This document shows, one piece after another, positions 18,755-27,682 of a stretch of DNA of 36,591 bases. This DNA is from Candidatus Kaiserbacteria bacterium (lineage in GTDB: Bacteria > Patescibacteriota > Minisyncoccia > Phycocordibacterales > UBA2100), in the NCBI GenBank assembly GCA_019247335.1, contig JAFAPB010000084.1, positions 1 to 36,591 on the forward strand, in the 5' to 3' direction. The position numbers and the translations under genes are program-made. A model generated the notes under the pieces. The model saw nothing but the letters and a program-made list of their open reading frames with translations. It did no database searches and was not told where the DNA came from. Position 1 is the first letter of the stretch, and every line of letters begins with the position of its first letter.

Positions 18755-19072
18755 ATGGACAAAGAAAACGAACTTGGAGAATTGCTCAAACGGCATCGCG
18801 AGAAAGCCTTTCCAGACGAGGGATTAAGGCGCGTCGCGGAGAAAGTCGGGATTGATTATGCGCACCTCTTCCGCCTTGAGGCAGGGCAATATGTGCCTAC
18901 CGATGAAAGTCTGCAAAAGATAGCGAACGCCTACAAGCTCGACGCTCAGGCGCAACTTCTGATGTTCAATCTTGCGAGGCTCTCGGACCACCACTTGAGG
19001 ATTATCGAGCGCGCGGGCGAAGACGCGGTCGTCGGGGCGTTCTTTCGCAAATCTAAACGCCCCCAAAAATAA
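18755..19072 (+). CDS. XRE/Cro-C1-family HTH repressor
   Basis: LGELLKRHRE..GLRRVAEKVGIDYAHLFRLEAGQYVPTDESLQKIANAY. Confidence 0.88.
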   Translation: MDKENELGELLKRHREKAFPDEGLRRVAEKVGIDYAHLFRLEAGQYVPTDESLQKIANAYKLDAQAQLLMFNLARLSDHHLRIIERAGEDAVVGAFFRKSKRPQK

Positions 19073-19073
19073 T

Positions 19074-19754
19074 ATGAGCGATTTCACCCCGTATTATTCC
19101 GCCGCAATGATTGAAGAGCAGGCATGGCAAGACCTCCTCAACTACCGACGTAAATCTTCGCGGGTCACTCCGTTCCCGATTTACGTTGACGAGGTGCTGA
19201 ACAAGCTATGGAACGTCGAGGTACGGTATATGGACAATGTGCGCGATGCCGACGGAGAGATCGCGCTCGCCGCGTTCTCGCCCGAGTTGCGAGCCGTGTT
19301 TCTTAACACCAGTGCTCGCGCCAACGAGGGTCAGGTTTCTTACAGCCTCGCACATGAAGCGGGCCACGTATCCCTGCACGCATTTCTCGATAAACTCGGA
19401 CACGAAAAGTGCTTCTGTTCCCCGAACCCGCTCTCGCCCGAGAGCAGGGCCAATATTTTGGAATCACATGCCGACCAATATGCGTCGGCATTTTTGATGC
19501 CTAGAGATGCCGTAAAGGAAGCGGTCGAGCGATGCAAGCCCGATTTGCGCGCAGGGCTCGATTTGAAAAAATACGGCAGGGCATTGCGCGACCTTTTCGG
19601 CGTTTCGCACCAAGCGCTCGAAATACGCCTATCGAATCTCGGCATCAAAACTGCGGGCGGTTTTTACAAGACATCCGCTCCTCGCCGCACCGCCGCAAGA
19701 CGGGAACTCGACGCTATGGATGAGGAGCGCGAATTTTGGTCTTTATATCAGTAA
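19074..19754 (+). CDS. ImmA/IrrE-family metallo-endopeptidase
   Basis: YSLAHEAGH (HExxH), E.HADQYASAFLMP, FGVS..A.EIRL..L. Confidence 0.9.
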   Translation: MSDFTPYYSAAMIEEQAWQDLLNYRRKSSRVTPFPIYVDEVLNKLWNVEVRYMDNVRDADGEIALAAFSPELRAVFLNTSARANEGQVSYSLAHEAGHVSLHAFLDKLGHEKCFCSPNPLSPESRANILESHADQYASAFLMPRDAVKEAVERCKPDLRAGLDLKKYGRALRDLFGVSHQALEIRLSNLGIKTAGGFYKTSAPRRTAARRELDAMDEEREFWSLYQ

Positions 19755-19776
19755 TATGCTTCGCAAAAAAACAGAC

Positions 19777-19827
19777 GTTCAGTAACGGCAAAAACCGCCT
19801 TGCGGGCGGCTTTTGCGGGTACTGAAC
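19777..19827. terminator. Long hairpin / probable bidirectional terminator
   Basis: GTTCAGTA..GCAAAAACCGCC-ttgcg-GGCGGCTTTTGC..TACTGAAC. Confidence 0.65.
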
Positions 19828-19959
19828 TGTATCCGAAACGAAAACCTTAGGATTTAACGATGATGGTTGATGCCCCTCTCTCGTTTAATCCTGGTCGATC
19901 GGTTTTTCGTTTCCCGCATCATAACAGGCGGTACCCCGTTAGCAAGCAAGGAATTCATC

Positions 19960-20127
19960 ATGCTTACAGCTGCGTTCTACTCGGTCAACGAGGCCAAGAA
20001 GGCACCTGCGCATCGTGTCTACCACAACAATACCGCATGCCCTCCAGGCCGCGACATTCCGCATCACGAACGTCGCGCTGGAACTGGCGGGTATAGGTTG
20101 TGTCACGACTGCCAGGCGCGCGATTAA
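19960..20127 (+). CDS. Small Cys/His-rich putative metal-binding protein (55 aa)
   Basis: AAGGAA upstream; VYHNNTACPPG...GTGGYRLCHDC (H-x4-C...CxxC); followed by a hairpin. Confidence 0.7.
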   Translation: MLTAAFYSVNEAKKAPAHRVYHNNTACPPGRDIPHHERRAGTGGYRLCHDCQARD

Positions 20128-20134
20128 TCTCGAA

Positions 20135-20168
20135 GAGCTGGGGGCGTCTGCGCGTGCGTCCCCAGCTC
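20135..20168 (+). terminator. Hairpin downstream of the small protein
   Basis: GAGCTGGGG...CCCCAGCTC stem; weak U-tract. Confidence 0.45.
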
Positions 20169-20355
20169 ATTCGTATTCGGCCGTGGAACCAGCCAAAACC
20201 AACAGGATCCCACGAGAAACCACAATAAACCGCAAGAATCGCGCGATATCGCCACGAGCTTGGCCCATCGGGGAAAAGATTACCTCAATAAGTATGCAAG
20301 CCTTAGCGGGCGGAATTTCCCGCCATGTCGCCGCGCGATCTCCCTACCAGTAGTG

Positions 20356-20550
20356 CGGCTGCTCCTATCGCATATTTTTTCGAACCTGCTACTGAAAGAC
20401 GGAGAAGTGGCTTATACATTGAAAGCTCCCGTAAAGAAACTGGCCGAGCGCCTTCAACAGCGCCTCGATTCGGAGAAAACTTTAGAACTCTCGAATGTTG
20501 CTTCAAACTCTGGAGAAAGCGGCAACTTGGGCTCACTCCATCCAGCCTTG
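20356..20550 (+). pseudogene. Probable C-terminal remnant of a large serine recombinase abutting the tRNA-Leu 3' end
   Basis: RLLLSHIFSNLLLKDGEVAYTLKAPVKKLAE resembles the C-terminal tail of tRNA-adjacent serine recombinases; no catalytic or Zn-ribbon domain upstream; frame reads into the antisense of tRNA-Leu. Confidence 0.5.
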
Positions 20551-20634
20551 TGCGCAGGGGGAGACTCGAACTCCCATGCCCGTGAGGGCGCTACCACCTC
20601 AAGGTAGTACGTCTACCAATTTCGCCACCTGCGC
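20551..20634 (-). tRNA. tRNA-Leu (GAG)
   Basis: GCGCAGG-TGGCGAAATTGGTAGACG..CTACC-TTGAGGT-GGTAG, long variable arm, GGGAGTTCGAGTCTCCC-CCTGCGC-A; no CCA. Confidence 0.96.
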
Positions 20635-20671
20635 GTGCGCGTATTCTAAACAATAGGACGAAGTCGGGCAA

Positions 20672-21115
20672 TTACTCCTGTGCAGCCACAGCTTCCTTTT
20701 CGGTTTCCTGCGTTTCCGCTGCAGGCGCGGCTTCCTCCCCTTCCGCATCTGCCTCGGCGGCAACCATCATGCGAGTGCGGCGCAATTGGCGGCGCGCCTC
20801 GCGTGAGACCTTCTCGCGGATGAAGTAGAGCTTGGCGCGGCGCACGCGCGAGCGCTTCACGATCTCGATCTTGTCGATCATCGGGGAATAGAGCGGGAAG
20901 ATCTTCTCGACGCCGACGCCCGAGGCGACGCGACGGACGGTGATGGTCGCGCCCGGCTCCGTGCCGTGCTTGCGTGCGAGCACGAGGCCTTCGAAGATCT
21001 GGATGCGGAATTTGCCTTTTTCCTCGATCTTCTGGTGCACGCGAACGGTGTCCCCCGGACGGATGTCGAGGTTTTTGCGGGCTGCCATATCGATCGGCGA
21101 ATGCGTCACTGCCAT
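20672..21115 (-). CDS. rplS: 50S ribosomal protein L19
   Basis: PGDTVRVH..RIQIFEG..TVRR..GVGVEKIFP..VRRAKLYFIR. Confidence 0.98.
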   Translation of the reverse strand: MAVTHSPIDMAARKNLDIRPGDTVRVHQKIEEKGKFRIQIFEGLVLARKHGTEPGATITVRRVASGVGVEKIFPLYSPMIDKIEIVKRSRVRRAKLYFIREKVSREARRQLRRTRMMVAAEADAEGEEAAPAAETQETEKEAVAAQE

Positions 21116-21156
21116 ACGTGCGCGGCACTATAACATCGCTCCCAGCCGGAGGCAAC

Positions 21157-22197
21157 TTAGGGGTGGAAGAAAAAGGCAACGCCGATCACGACATACGCCG
21201 CCAAAAGTTGCGCCCCCTCAAGCCAGTTGCTTTCCCCGTCGGCAACGACGAAGTTGACCACGAGAACAGAGAATACGATCGACACAAGTTCGAAGATCTC
21301 AAAGATTAAATTCATGGGCTTTCCGAGCACGATCGAGGCGAGGACGAGCGCCGGCGCGACGAAAAGGGCGATCTGCGTCGCGGAGCCGACGGAAATGTGG
21401 AGCGCAAGATCCATGCGGTTTTTCATCGCCACGGTCACTGCCGAGTAATGCTCCGCCGCATTCCCGATGATCGCGATAAATATGACGCCGATAAAAAGCG
21501 TCGACCAGCCCAGGCTGCCGACGACCGGCTCGATCGCGCCGACCAGTACCTCGCTCATCAGCGCGACGAACATGGTCGAGATCGAAAGAACGGTGATGCT
21601 GTATGCCACGCTCCATTTCGGCTCGTGTATTTCAGTCTCGGTATAAAGATGTCGATGCGTATGCAGAATGAAGTAGAGCTGCGCTGCGTACATGATGAGC
21701 AGCACGAACGAAACGATGAGCGAGAGCGGCTCGATGAGCTCCGCCTTGCCGGGAACGGCGATCGCGAAGATCGCGGGCAATATGAGTGCGATCGTCGAGA
21801 GCAGGAGCGTCGAGGCACTCGCGAGTGCGCCGGCGCGATTGAATTTCTGATGTTCGCGCTTGAGTCCTCCCATGAACATCGCAAGACCGAGAACGAGCAG
21901 CAAATTTCCGATGATGGAGCCCGTGATCGATGCTTTCACGACCTCCACGAGTCCGGCTTGAAGCGCGAAAAATCCTATGATGAGTTCCGTGGCGTTGCCG
22001 AAGGTCGCATTCAAGATCCCGCCGATCGCCGGATTCGTGCGCGACGCAAGCTCCTCGGTGGAATCGCCGATGTATTTCGCGAGCGGCACGATCGAAAGCG
22101 CAGCGAGAAAGAAAACAACCGTACCGGAGAAGCCGCTATAGAGCGCCGCGAGCGTGAGCGGGATAAAGGCGAGCATCCCGAGAAATATGCGATCCAT
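21157..22197 (-). CDS. Ca2+/H+ antiporter (CAX/ChaA family)
   Basis: [45 protein letters not shown]. Start ATG 22197. Confidence 0.93.
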   Translation of the reverse strand: MDRIFLGMLAFIPLTLAALYSGFSGTVVFFLAALSIVPLAKYIGDSTEELASRTNPAIGGILNATFGNATELIIGFFALQAGLVEVVKASITGSIIGNLLLVLGLAMFMGGLKREHQKFNRAGALASASTLLLSTIALILPAIFAIAVPGKAELIEPLSLIVSFVLLIMYAAQLYFILHTHRHLYTETEIHEPKWSVAYSITVLSISTMFVALMSEVLVGAIEPVVGSLGWSTLFIGVIFIAIIGNAAEHYSAVTVAMKNRMDLALHISVGSATQIALFVAPALVLASIVLGKPMNLIFEIFELVSIVFSVLVVNFVVADGESNWLEGAQLLAAYVVIGVAFFFHP

Positions 22198-22261
22198 CGC
22201 AAAAACTCTAACAGAGTTTGACCGCAGAATCACGCACGGCTACGATTGATATGTTCTCATC

Positions 22262-22333
22262 GCCCCTGTAGCACAATGGATAGTGCAGGACTCTTCTAAG
22301 GTCTTGATGTGGGTTCGATTCCTACCGGGGGCA
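22262..22333 (+). tRNA. tRNA-Arg (TCT)
   Basis: GCCCCTG-TAGCACAATGGATAGTGC-A-GGACT-CTTCTAA-GGTCT..GTGGGTTCGATTCCTAC-CGGGGGC-A. Confidence 0.94.
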
Positions 22334-22339
22334 TACGGT

Positions 22340-22460
22340 CAAAAACGCAACCGCGTTTTTGTACACGTATGCCAGGCGGAGCGTTGTCGCGTCAGCCGAG
22401 GCGACCGCGAGCCGGGGTCGCGGAAATTTCCGGGCGTCGGCGAGGAAATTATCTGCGACC
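22340..22460 (+). other. Multi-hairpin structured spacer between tRNA-Arg and tRNA-Val
   Basis: CAAAAACGC/GCGTTTTTG, GTCGC/GCGAC and GGTCGCGGA-AATTTCC/GGAAATT-A-TCTGCGACC stems. Confidence 0.5.
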
Positions 22461-22479
22461 ATGGTATGAATGCTCTGTG

Positions 22480-22551
22480 GCGCGCTTAGCTCAGGGGTAG
22501 AGCAACGCTTTTACACAGCGAAGGTCGGGGGTTCAAATCCCTCAGCGCGCA
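22480..22551 (+). tRNA. tRNA-Val (TAC)
   Basis: GCGCGCT-TAGCTCAGGGGTAGAGC-A-ACGCT-TTTACAC-AGCGA..GGGGGTTCAAATCCCTC-AGCGCGC-A. Confidence 0.95.
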
Positions 22552-22881
22552 CTACTTGGAAGGATCGGCAAAGGTTTTCGGCGATGCATCGAGCGCATTG
22601 AATGCGGCCTCGCGGTCACGGATGGCGGAGAGCGTCGATTCGAGGCTCGCGCGGTTGAGCACCGGCGGCGGCTTCGAGACGCTATTGCCTGCAGAATTCA
22701 GATTTTCGATCACGACCCAAAATTCCCAAACGCCGAAGACGATAATGCCGACCACGGCGCCGAAAGAGATCACGAGGAGCGTCCGCCAAATGATCTCCGC
22801 CAACGGACGCGCATACTCCGGCTCGTTGCGAAGTCCATAAAATCGACGCGCCCGCTGCCATATGTTGCCGTTTTCTATCAT
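22552..22881 (-). CDS. Single-TM protein at the end of the pilMNO-like operon (PilP position)
   Basis: ATGA overlap with the PilO-like gene; one TM; ends in DPS motif. Confidence 0.65.
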   Translation of the reverse strand: MIENGNIWQRARRFYGLRNEPEYARPLAEIIWRTLLVISFGAVVGIIVFGVWEFWVVIENLNSAGNSVSKPPPVLNRASLESTLSAIRDREAAFNALDASPKTFADPSK

Positions 22882-23429
22882 AGCGATGTTTGCGTGACCG
22901 ATGTCACGCGGATGCGCGCGGTCATATGCCATCCGGTCGCGGGTGCCGTATCGGTGTCAGGATCATGTTCGATATCGAGATCATCGATATGCACGGCGAG
23001 CGGGAGGCGTTCATAGAGAGAGACGGCGCGCATGAGCTGTTGGAATGATCCTTTTGCGGACAGCGTAAAGACGACGGGCTGTAAATTCTCCCCGCCGGGG
23101 AGTGCGACACCGTTTCCGGCGGCGGACGCGTCGGACACCTGGGCTCCCGTCCCGGTCTTCTTGCCGACATCTTCGAGCATCTGTACGAGCGTGACGATGT
23201 CCATGTGCGCGAACGTATCGAGCTGCGCGCGTTCGTCCTTGGTTTCTGCGGCGAGCGAGTGTAGACGCTCGTTGTAAGCGCTCTTATCGCTCTCTTGCGC
23301 CGATTGCGCGATCTCGTTCGCACGATCGAGCGCGCTCGATTGGATCGAAAGCGCGCCGTAGATGAGCGCGCCGAGAAGCGCGACGGAGGCGGCGAGCGAT
23401 ACCCACGAGAGATAGGCGAAGCGCGGCAT
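22878..23429 (-). CDS. PilO-like type IV pilus alignment protein
   Basis: N-terminal TM, coiled coil, then a ferredoxin-like segment GSFQQLMRAVSLYERLP; operon position. Confidence 0.7.
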   Translation of the reverse strand: MPRFAYLSWVSLAASVALLGALIYGALSIQSSALDRANEIAQSAQESDKSAYNERLHSLAAETKDERAQLDTFAHMDIVTLVQMLEDVGKKTGTGAQVSDASAAGNGVALPGGENLQPVVFTLSAKGSFQQLMRAVSLYERLPLAVHIDDLDIEHDPDTDTAPATGWHMTARIRVTSVTQTSL

Positions 23430-23432
23430 AGG

Positions 23433-23957
23433 TTAAAAATTTCCGTCGATCGTTATAGAGAAATGCCCTCCATCGGCGCCGACGAGCGCGCCGACCGGCA
23501 CCGAGACGGAGTTGAAAGTGTGGTCAGCCGTGAGCGCATCGCGATACGCGGCGACGCGCTCACGCGAAGCGGTACCCACGAGCTGAATCTCGCCCGTCGA
23601 GCTTTGATCGGCGGCTTTATAGCTGATGTGTGTGATCGCAACGCCGCTCGGGCGCTCTCCGAGCGCGCGCATGATGATCGTTGAGGGCGAGGAGCTGCCG
23701 GCGAGGAGCGGAGCGAGCTGCGTGACCAGCATCTGTGAGCGCGCGATCGATATCGCATCATCAGGCGCTCCCTTTGCGTCCGGTTGCGCGGCCGGCTGAT
23801 CCGGCGCGGCGAGCGAGATCGCAAGATAGCTCGGCGCGAGCGCGAGCGCGATGAGCGCGGAAGCGATAAACAGCATGACCGAGATGGCTATGAGAAAGCG
23901 CGCGCGATACAGGCGCCAGACATCTCGTTGTGCATCAAGCGGAAGGACGTTTGCCAT
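23433..23957 (-). CDS. PilN-like type IV pilus alignment protein
   Basis: MANVLP (NLLP-like PilM-binding motif), TM, RPSGVAITHISY..L.G.A; start ATG 23957. Confidence 0.75.
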   Translation of the reverse strand: MANVLPLDAQRDVWRLYRARFLIAISVMLFIASALIALALAPSYLAISLAAPDQPAAQPDAKGAPDDAISIARSQMLVTQLAPLLAGSSSPSTIIMRALGERPSGVAITHISYKAADQSSTGEIQLVGTASRERVAAYRDALTADHTFNSVSVPVGALVGADGGHFSITIDGNF

Positions 23958-23958
23958 A

Positions 23959-25086
23959 TTATGCGCCGCGCAGGGCGAGACCGATCGCCGTCGCGTACTG
24001 GAGCGATATGCGGCGATCGATGGGTGGAATGTATTCGTCGAAATTGGCGACATGTCGCCACACCTCGCCGCGCTCGACCTTGGATTGCACGCGGCCCGCG
24101 ATGTATTCGGGCAAGCCTTTGAGATTCGCGTTGCCGCCGACCAAGACCACGTCGCCGACCGGCGTCATGCGATCGCCCCGGTCGTTGCGCCGTGTATCCC
24201 AATAGTGGTAGTGCCGCGAGATCTCATCGGCGAGCGCGGATGCGGTTCCGGAGATCGCTTCGAGCGCAGCCGACTCCCCTTTGGCCGCCATGAGACCCTG
24301 CTCGTTTTTGAATTCGGCGGCTTGCTCCGCAGTGAGGTGCGCGCCGTCGACGAGCGCGTGCGTGATCGCGTCGCCGCCGACCTCCACGGTCGACGTAAAG
24401 ATGGGGACACCGCGTTTCAGTACCGCAAAACCCGTACGCGCGCGGCCGAAATCAACGACCAGTGTCACCGGTTCCTCCTGCCCGCCGGACGAGACCGCAC
24501 GCGCGATCGAACTGGCTTCGACTTCGAGTGAAAGAAGCGTGAGCCCTGCCATGCGGAATGAGTCAACATACGCCTGTGCGATATCGCGCGGGAAAACCGT
24601 GACGCTGATCTCCTCCTGCTCGCTTGCGCGCGCCGGAATGAAATTAAAATCGTAGACCGCGGCGGAAGGCGGGATCGGCACACGGCCTTCGAACTCGAAT
24701 TCGATCATGCGCAGTACCTGCTCGCGCGGTGTCGCATGCGGCACGGTCATGCTGAAGACGTATGCCGCTTCTTCCGGGAGCGCCGCGTGCGCGGATCGGA
24801 TGCCGCCGAGGTGTCCGCGCACCTCCGCGAGCGCCTGCGCGAGCGCACGCGTATCTTGAATCACGCCTGAGATGACGATGCCGTCCTTGAGCGGTACCTC
24901 ACCGTAGGTGCGGATGCGCTTCGCGTTGCCGTATGGCTCAAGCACGAGCCATTTCACCGACGCATCGGAGATGTCGATCCCCGCCGCAGGCGGCAGGAGC
25001 GATTTTGGCATGGGGAATGCGCGCGAGAGCGCGCGAGAAAGATCGCTCATGCGCTCGCCGAGCGAGATGGAAGCAGTGAGCCGCAT
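23959..25086 (-). CDS. pilM: Type IV pilus assembly protein PilM (actin/FtsA-like)
   Basis: GIDISDASVK, VVDFGRART, VGGDAIT, LVGGNANL.GL, YATAIGLALR; TATACT-N7 precedes ATG 25086. Confidence 0.9.
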   Translation of the reverse strand: MRLTASISLGERMSDLSRALSRAFPMPKSLLPPAAGIDISDASVKWLVLEPYGNAKRIRTYGEVPLKDGIVISGVIQDTRALAQALAEVRGHLGGIRSAHAALPEEAAYVFSMTVPHATPREQVLRMIEFEFEGRVPIPPSAAVYDFNFIPARASEQEEISVTVFPRDIAQAYVDSFRMAGLTLLSLEVEASSIARAVSSGGQEEPVTLVVDFGRARTGFAVLKRGVPIFTSTVEVGGDAITHALVDGAHLTAEQAAEFKNEQGLMAAKGESAALEAISGTASALADEISRHYHYWDTRRNDRGDRMTPVGDVVLVGGNANLKGLPEYIAGRVQSKVERGEVWRHVANFDEYIPPIDRRISLQYATAIGLALRGA

Positions 25087-25101
25087 TCAATACAGTATAT
25101 A

Positions 25102-25449
25102 TCACTTGATGCGCGCGCCCGGAGAAATATCGCGATCCGGTTGCAGCAAAACAACGCCGCTCTCATCGCTCGCGGCGAGCAGCATGCCTTGGCTTTCAAT
25201 TCCCTTGAGCATGCGCGGTGCGAGATTGAAAATATAGGGCAGTGATTTGCCGACGAGCTCTTCCGGCGATTTCCACGCGGCGATACCGGAGACGATGGTG
25301 CGCTCCCCTGCTTCGCCGAAGTCGATGGTGCATTTGATGAGCTTATCGGTCTCGGGCACGCGGTCGGCCGCGATGATCTTTCCAATCCGGATATCAAGCT
25401 TTGCGAAGTCCTCGTACTGGATCTCGGCGGGTTTTTGCGTCTCTTCCAT
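25102..25449 (-). CDS. Stand-alone tRNA-binding OB-fold protein (MetRS C-terminal/Trbp111/CsaA-like)
   Basis: FAKLDIRIGKI..DKL..DFG..RTIVSGI..NLAPR..GIESQGMLLA..PGARI. Confidence 0.9.
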   Translation of the reverse strand: MEETQKPAEIQYEDFAKLDIRIGKIIAADRVPETDKLIKCTIDFGEAGERTIVSGIAAWKSPEELVGKSLPYIFNLAPRMLKGIESQGMLLAASDESGVVLLQPDRDISPGARIK

Positions 25450-25453
25450 ATGG

Positions 25454-25846
25454 CTACTCTACTCTTTTGCCGCGCGAATCCAAATAGCGCTGCAGAATGA
25501 TCGCCGCAGCGGCGCTGTCGTCATGCTCCTGTCCTTTCGGCGCGAGGCGCGAAGCCTCGATCGAACTCCACGCCTCCCAGACGCGCTCGATCAGAAGCCC
25601 GGTCTCGCGCGCAAGCATTTCAGCAAAAGCAGCTGCTTCTTTCGAAATAGGATTTTCAAGCCCGCCGGGAGCTTTGGTGTCGCCCATGATGATCGCACCG
25701 ACCTTTTCCGAATCGATCAGACCGCGGATATGCGCGAGCGCGTCCTGATTTTCGATGGTGCCGCGCGGAAAAGCGATCGCGCCGCTCTCGTCGGAGAGAG
25801 CGAGGCCGATGCGCTTCGCGCCATAATCGATACCGAGGTATTTCAC
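25454..25846 (-). CDS. ruvX: YqgF/RuvX family RNase H-fold nuclease
   Basis: YLGIDYGAKRIGLALSD..E.WSS.EA..DDSAAAAIILQ.YLD; GTG start at 25846 preceded by TATACT-N6. Confidence 0.92.
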   Translation of the reverse strand: MKYLGIDYGAKRIGLALSDESGAIAFPRGTIENQDALAHIRGLIDSEKVGAIIMGDTKAPGGLENPISKEAAAFAEMLARETGLLIERVWEAWSSIEASRLAPKGQEHDDSAAAAIILQRYLDSRGKRVE

Positions 25847-25885
25847 GAGCGCAGTATAGCGCTTCATTAAAAAGGCGAAATGCGC

Positions 25886-25921
25886 GCGGCCCGCATGTCG
25901 GGGTCAGGACATGCGGGCCGC
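25886..25921 (-). terminator. 14-bp perfect hairpin downstream of the FAD-synthase-like gene
   Basis: GCGGCCCGCATGTC-ggggtcag-GACATGCGGGCCGC; T-rich sequence follows a few nt downstream on the minus strand. Confidence 0.6.
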
Positions 25922-25985
25922 ATCCGGTGTCTGTATGCTGATCAGAGGGATCAGCTACCTTTGATACGTGCGCCGCTGCGTTTTA

Positions 25986-26399
25986 TTACGTTCCGCTCAA
26001 TCGCGACGTCTTGTAGATCTCCGGATGATAGGGCTTGAGACGGACCACTTTCGTTTCGAGCCCTGCCGAGCCCAAGTCTCCTTCCAAATGATCCACATAT
26101 TCGCCGCGCTGATCGTAGCCGAGCGCGATCACATCGGGCTCGAAGAGTTTGATGTGCGCCATATAGCCTTCTTCGTCGCCCAAGGTCGCTTCGTCCACGA
26201 GATCGCAGGCTTCAACGAGCGCGAGGCGCTCGAGTTCTCTGCGCCTCGGAGCTCCGCCTTTCACCCGCGCAACTGCGCTATCGCGTGCGACGGAGACGAT
26301 AAGACGCGGCACCGGAACGAGCGCTCGTGCCTGTCGGAAAAAATCGAGGTGCCCCTCGTGGAGCATGTCGAAGGTACCGAAGACCATGATGCGCTTCAT
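25986..26399 (-). CDS. Cytidylyltransferase-like nucleotidyltransferase, RibL-like FAD synthase
   Basis: [13 protein letters not shown] (HxGH), [29 protein letters not shown]; ATGA overlap with the upstream gene. Confidence 0.8.
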   Translation of the reverse strand: MKRIMVFGTFDMLHEGHLDFFRQARALVPVPRLIVSVARDSAVARVKGGAPRRRELERLALVEACDLVDEATLGDEEGYMAHIKLFEPDVIALGYDQRGEYVDHLEGDLGSAGLETKVVRLKPYHPEIYKTSRLSGT

Positions 26400-27340
26400 G
26401 CGGCCGATTCGCTGTTGACCCGCGTCAGCATGTAGAGCGCAAAAAGAAGGAGCGCGGTGCCCACCCACTGCCCGATGTAGAGGCCGACGTACGTGCCGGC
26501 GGGCCATGCGCCCGGAATGAAATAGGCGTTCACGAACACGGCGGCGAGCGGAAAGCCGAGTTCGCAGAGCGTCGCGATCGAGGCGCGCGTGTATTGCAAG
26601 CCGTAATAGTAGAGGTAGAGCGAAAAGACACCGGATGCGAGCGCGATGATCGCGATGAAGAGCCAATCGGTCGGCGTGACGCTTCCCCACGCGGGATACG
26701 TGTGCTGCACGGCATTCAAAAATCCGAGAAAAACGAACGCGACGATGAAGCGTAAGGCAGTAAGCGTCTGGAATGATGCCGCGCGCAGCGCATATTTGCC
26801 GAGCACGGTCGACGCGCCCCAGAGGAGCGCCGCGAGGAGCGCGAGGAGCGCACCGTAGACGTTAGGATTAAAGCTCTCGCCGTCGTAGAGCTTGGGTACA
26901 AGATGCGGGAATGTGACGAGGTATGCGCCGAAAAGCGCGACGAGCGCCCACAGCCAGAAATTCCGGCGCAGCCGCTCTCCCAAGAATGCGGCTGCGAGCG
27001 CGATCGCTAGCAAGGGCTGCACTTTTTGCAGCAGAATCGACACCGAAGGATTCACATAGTGGAACGACTGCGTGAAGGCGATCGACGCGAGTGCCGAGCC
27101 GCCGATCGCGATCACGAGAACGGCGACCCACTCGCGCCACGACAGTTTTTTGAGATCAGCCCACGACCAGATCAAGATCGGTACCGCAAAGAGAATGTCG
27201 ACACCGTGCTCCGCAAAGACGATGAAATTGGACGAGAGCGCTTGCGTGAGATGGGCGCGGAAGGGCGCGTCCGTCGCCCACAGGACCGCCGCAAAAAAGA
27301 CGAGTCCGGGCCCCCAGGTCGCAAGAGATCGGGCGTTCAT
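26396..27340 (-). CDS. EamA/DMT-family transporter
   Basis: 10 TM with two EamA repeats: [38 protein letters not shown]. Confidence 0.9.
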   Translation of the reverse strand: MNARSLATWGPGLVFFAAVLWATDAPFRAHLTQALSSNFIVFAEHGVDILFAVPILIWSWADLKKLSWREWVAVLVIAIGGSALASIAFTQSFHYVNPSVSILLQKVQPLLAIALAAAFLGERLRRNFWLWALVALFGAYLVTFPHLVPKLYDGESFNPNVYGALLALLAALLWGASTVLGKYALRAASFQTLTALRFIVAFVFLGFLNAVQHTYPAWGSVTPTDWLFIAIIALASGVFSLYLYYYGLQYTRASIATLCELGFPLAAVFVNAYFIPGAWPAGTYVGLYIGQWVGTALLLFALYMLTRVNSESAA

Positions 27341-27681
27341 AAGGAAAAGTATTGTCGCACGGCGCCTATATCTTCCGCAATCGCCTGCTTGAGCGCCTCG
27401 TCCGTATCGAAACTCTTCGCCTCGCGGATCTTTTTCAGGATCTGCACGTCGAGCTGCTTGCCGTACGCGTCGCTCGAGAAATCGAGGAGGTGCACTTCGA
27501 GAATGCCGCGCGCGGGATCGGCGAATATCGCAGCGCGATATTCATCATGCCCGAGCCAGGCATGACCGGCGTAGATACCCGCGACGTCGCTCCCGGGCGG
27601 GAGCGGGATATTGAGCGTCGGATAGCCGAGCGCCGTCCCGCGCCGCTTCCCTTTGATCACGATCCCAGTGAAGACGTGCAT
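27337..27681 (-). CDS. Stand-alone riboflavin kinase (RibF C-terminal domain)
   Basis: G.VIKG.RRG..LGYPTLN, GIY, LEVHLLDF..D.YG, IR..K.F...L..AI..D; start ATG 27681. Confidence 0.9.
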   Translation of the reverse strand: MHVFTGIVIKGKRRGTALGYPTLNIPLPPGSDVAGIYAGHAWLGHDEYRAAIFADPARGILEVHLLDFSSDAYGKQLDVQILKKIREAKSFDTDEALKQAIAEDIGAVRQYFSL

Positions 27682-27682
27682 A

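Noticed and set aside
20260-20607. 115-aa ORF as an intact gene
   Set aside because: TTG start, overlaps tRNA-Leu antisense, and only the middle looks protein-like; treated as a recombinase remnant.
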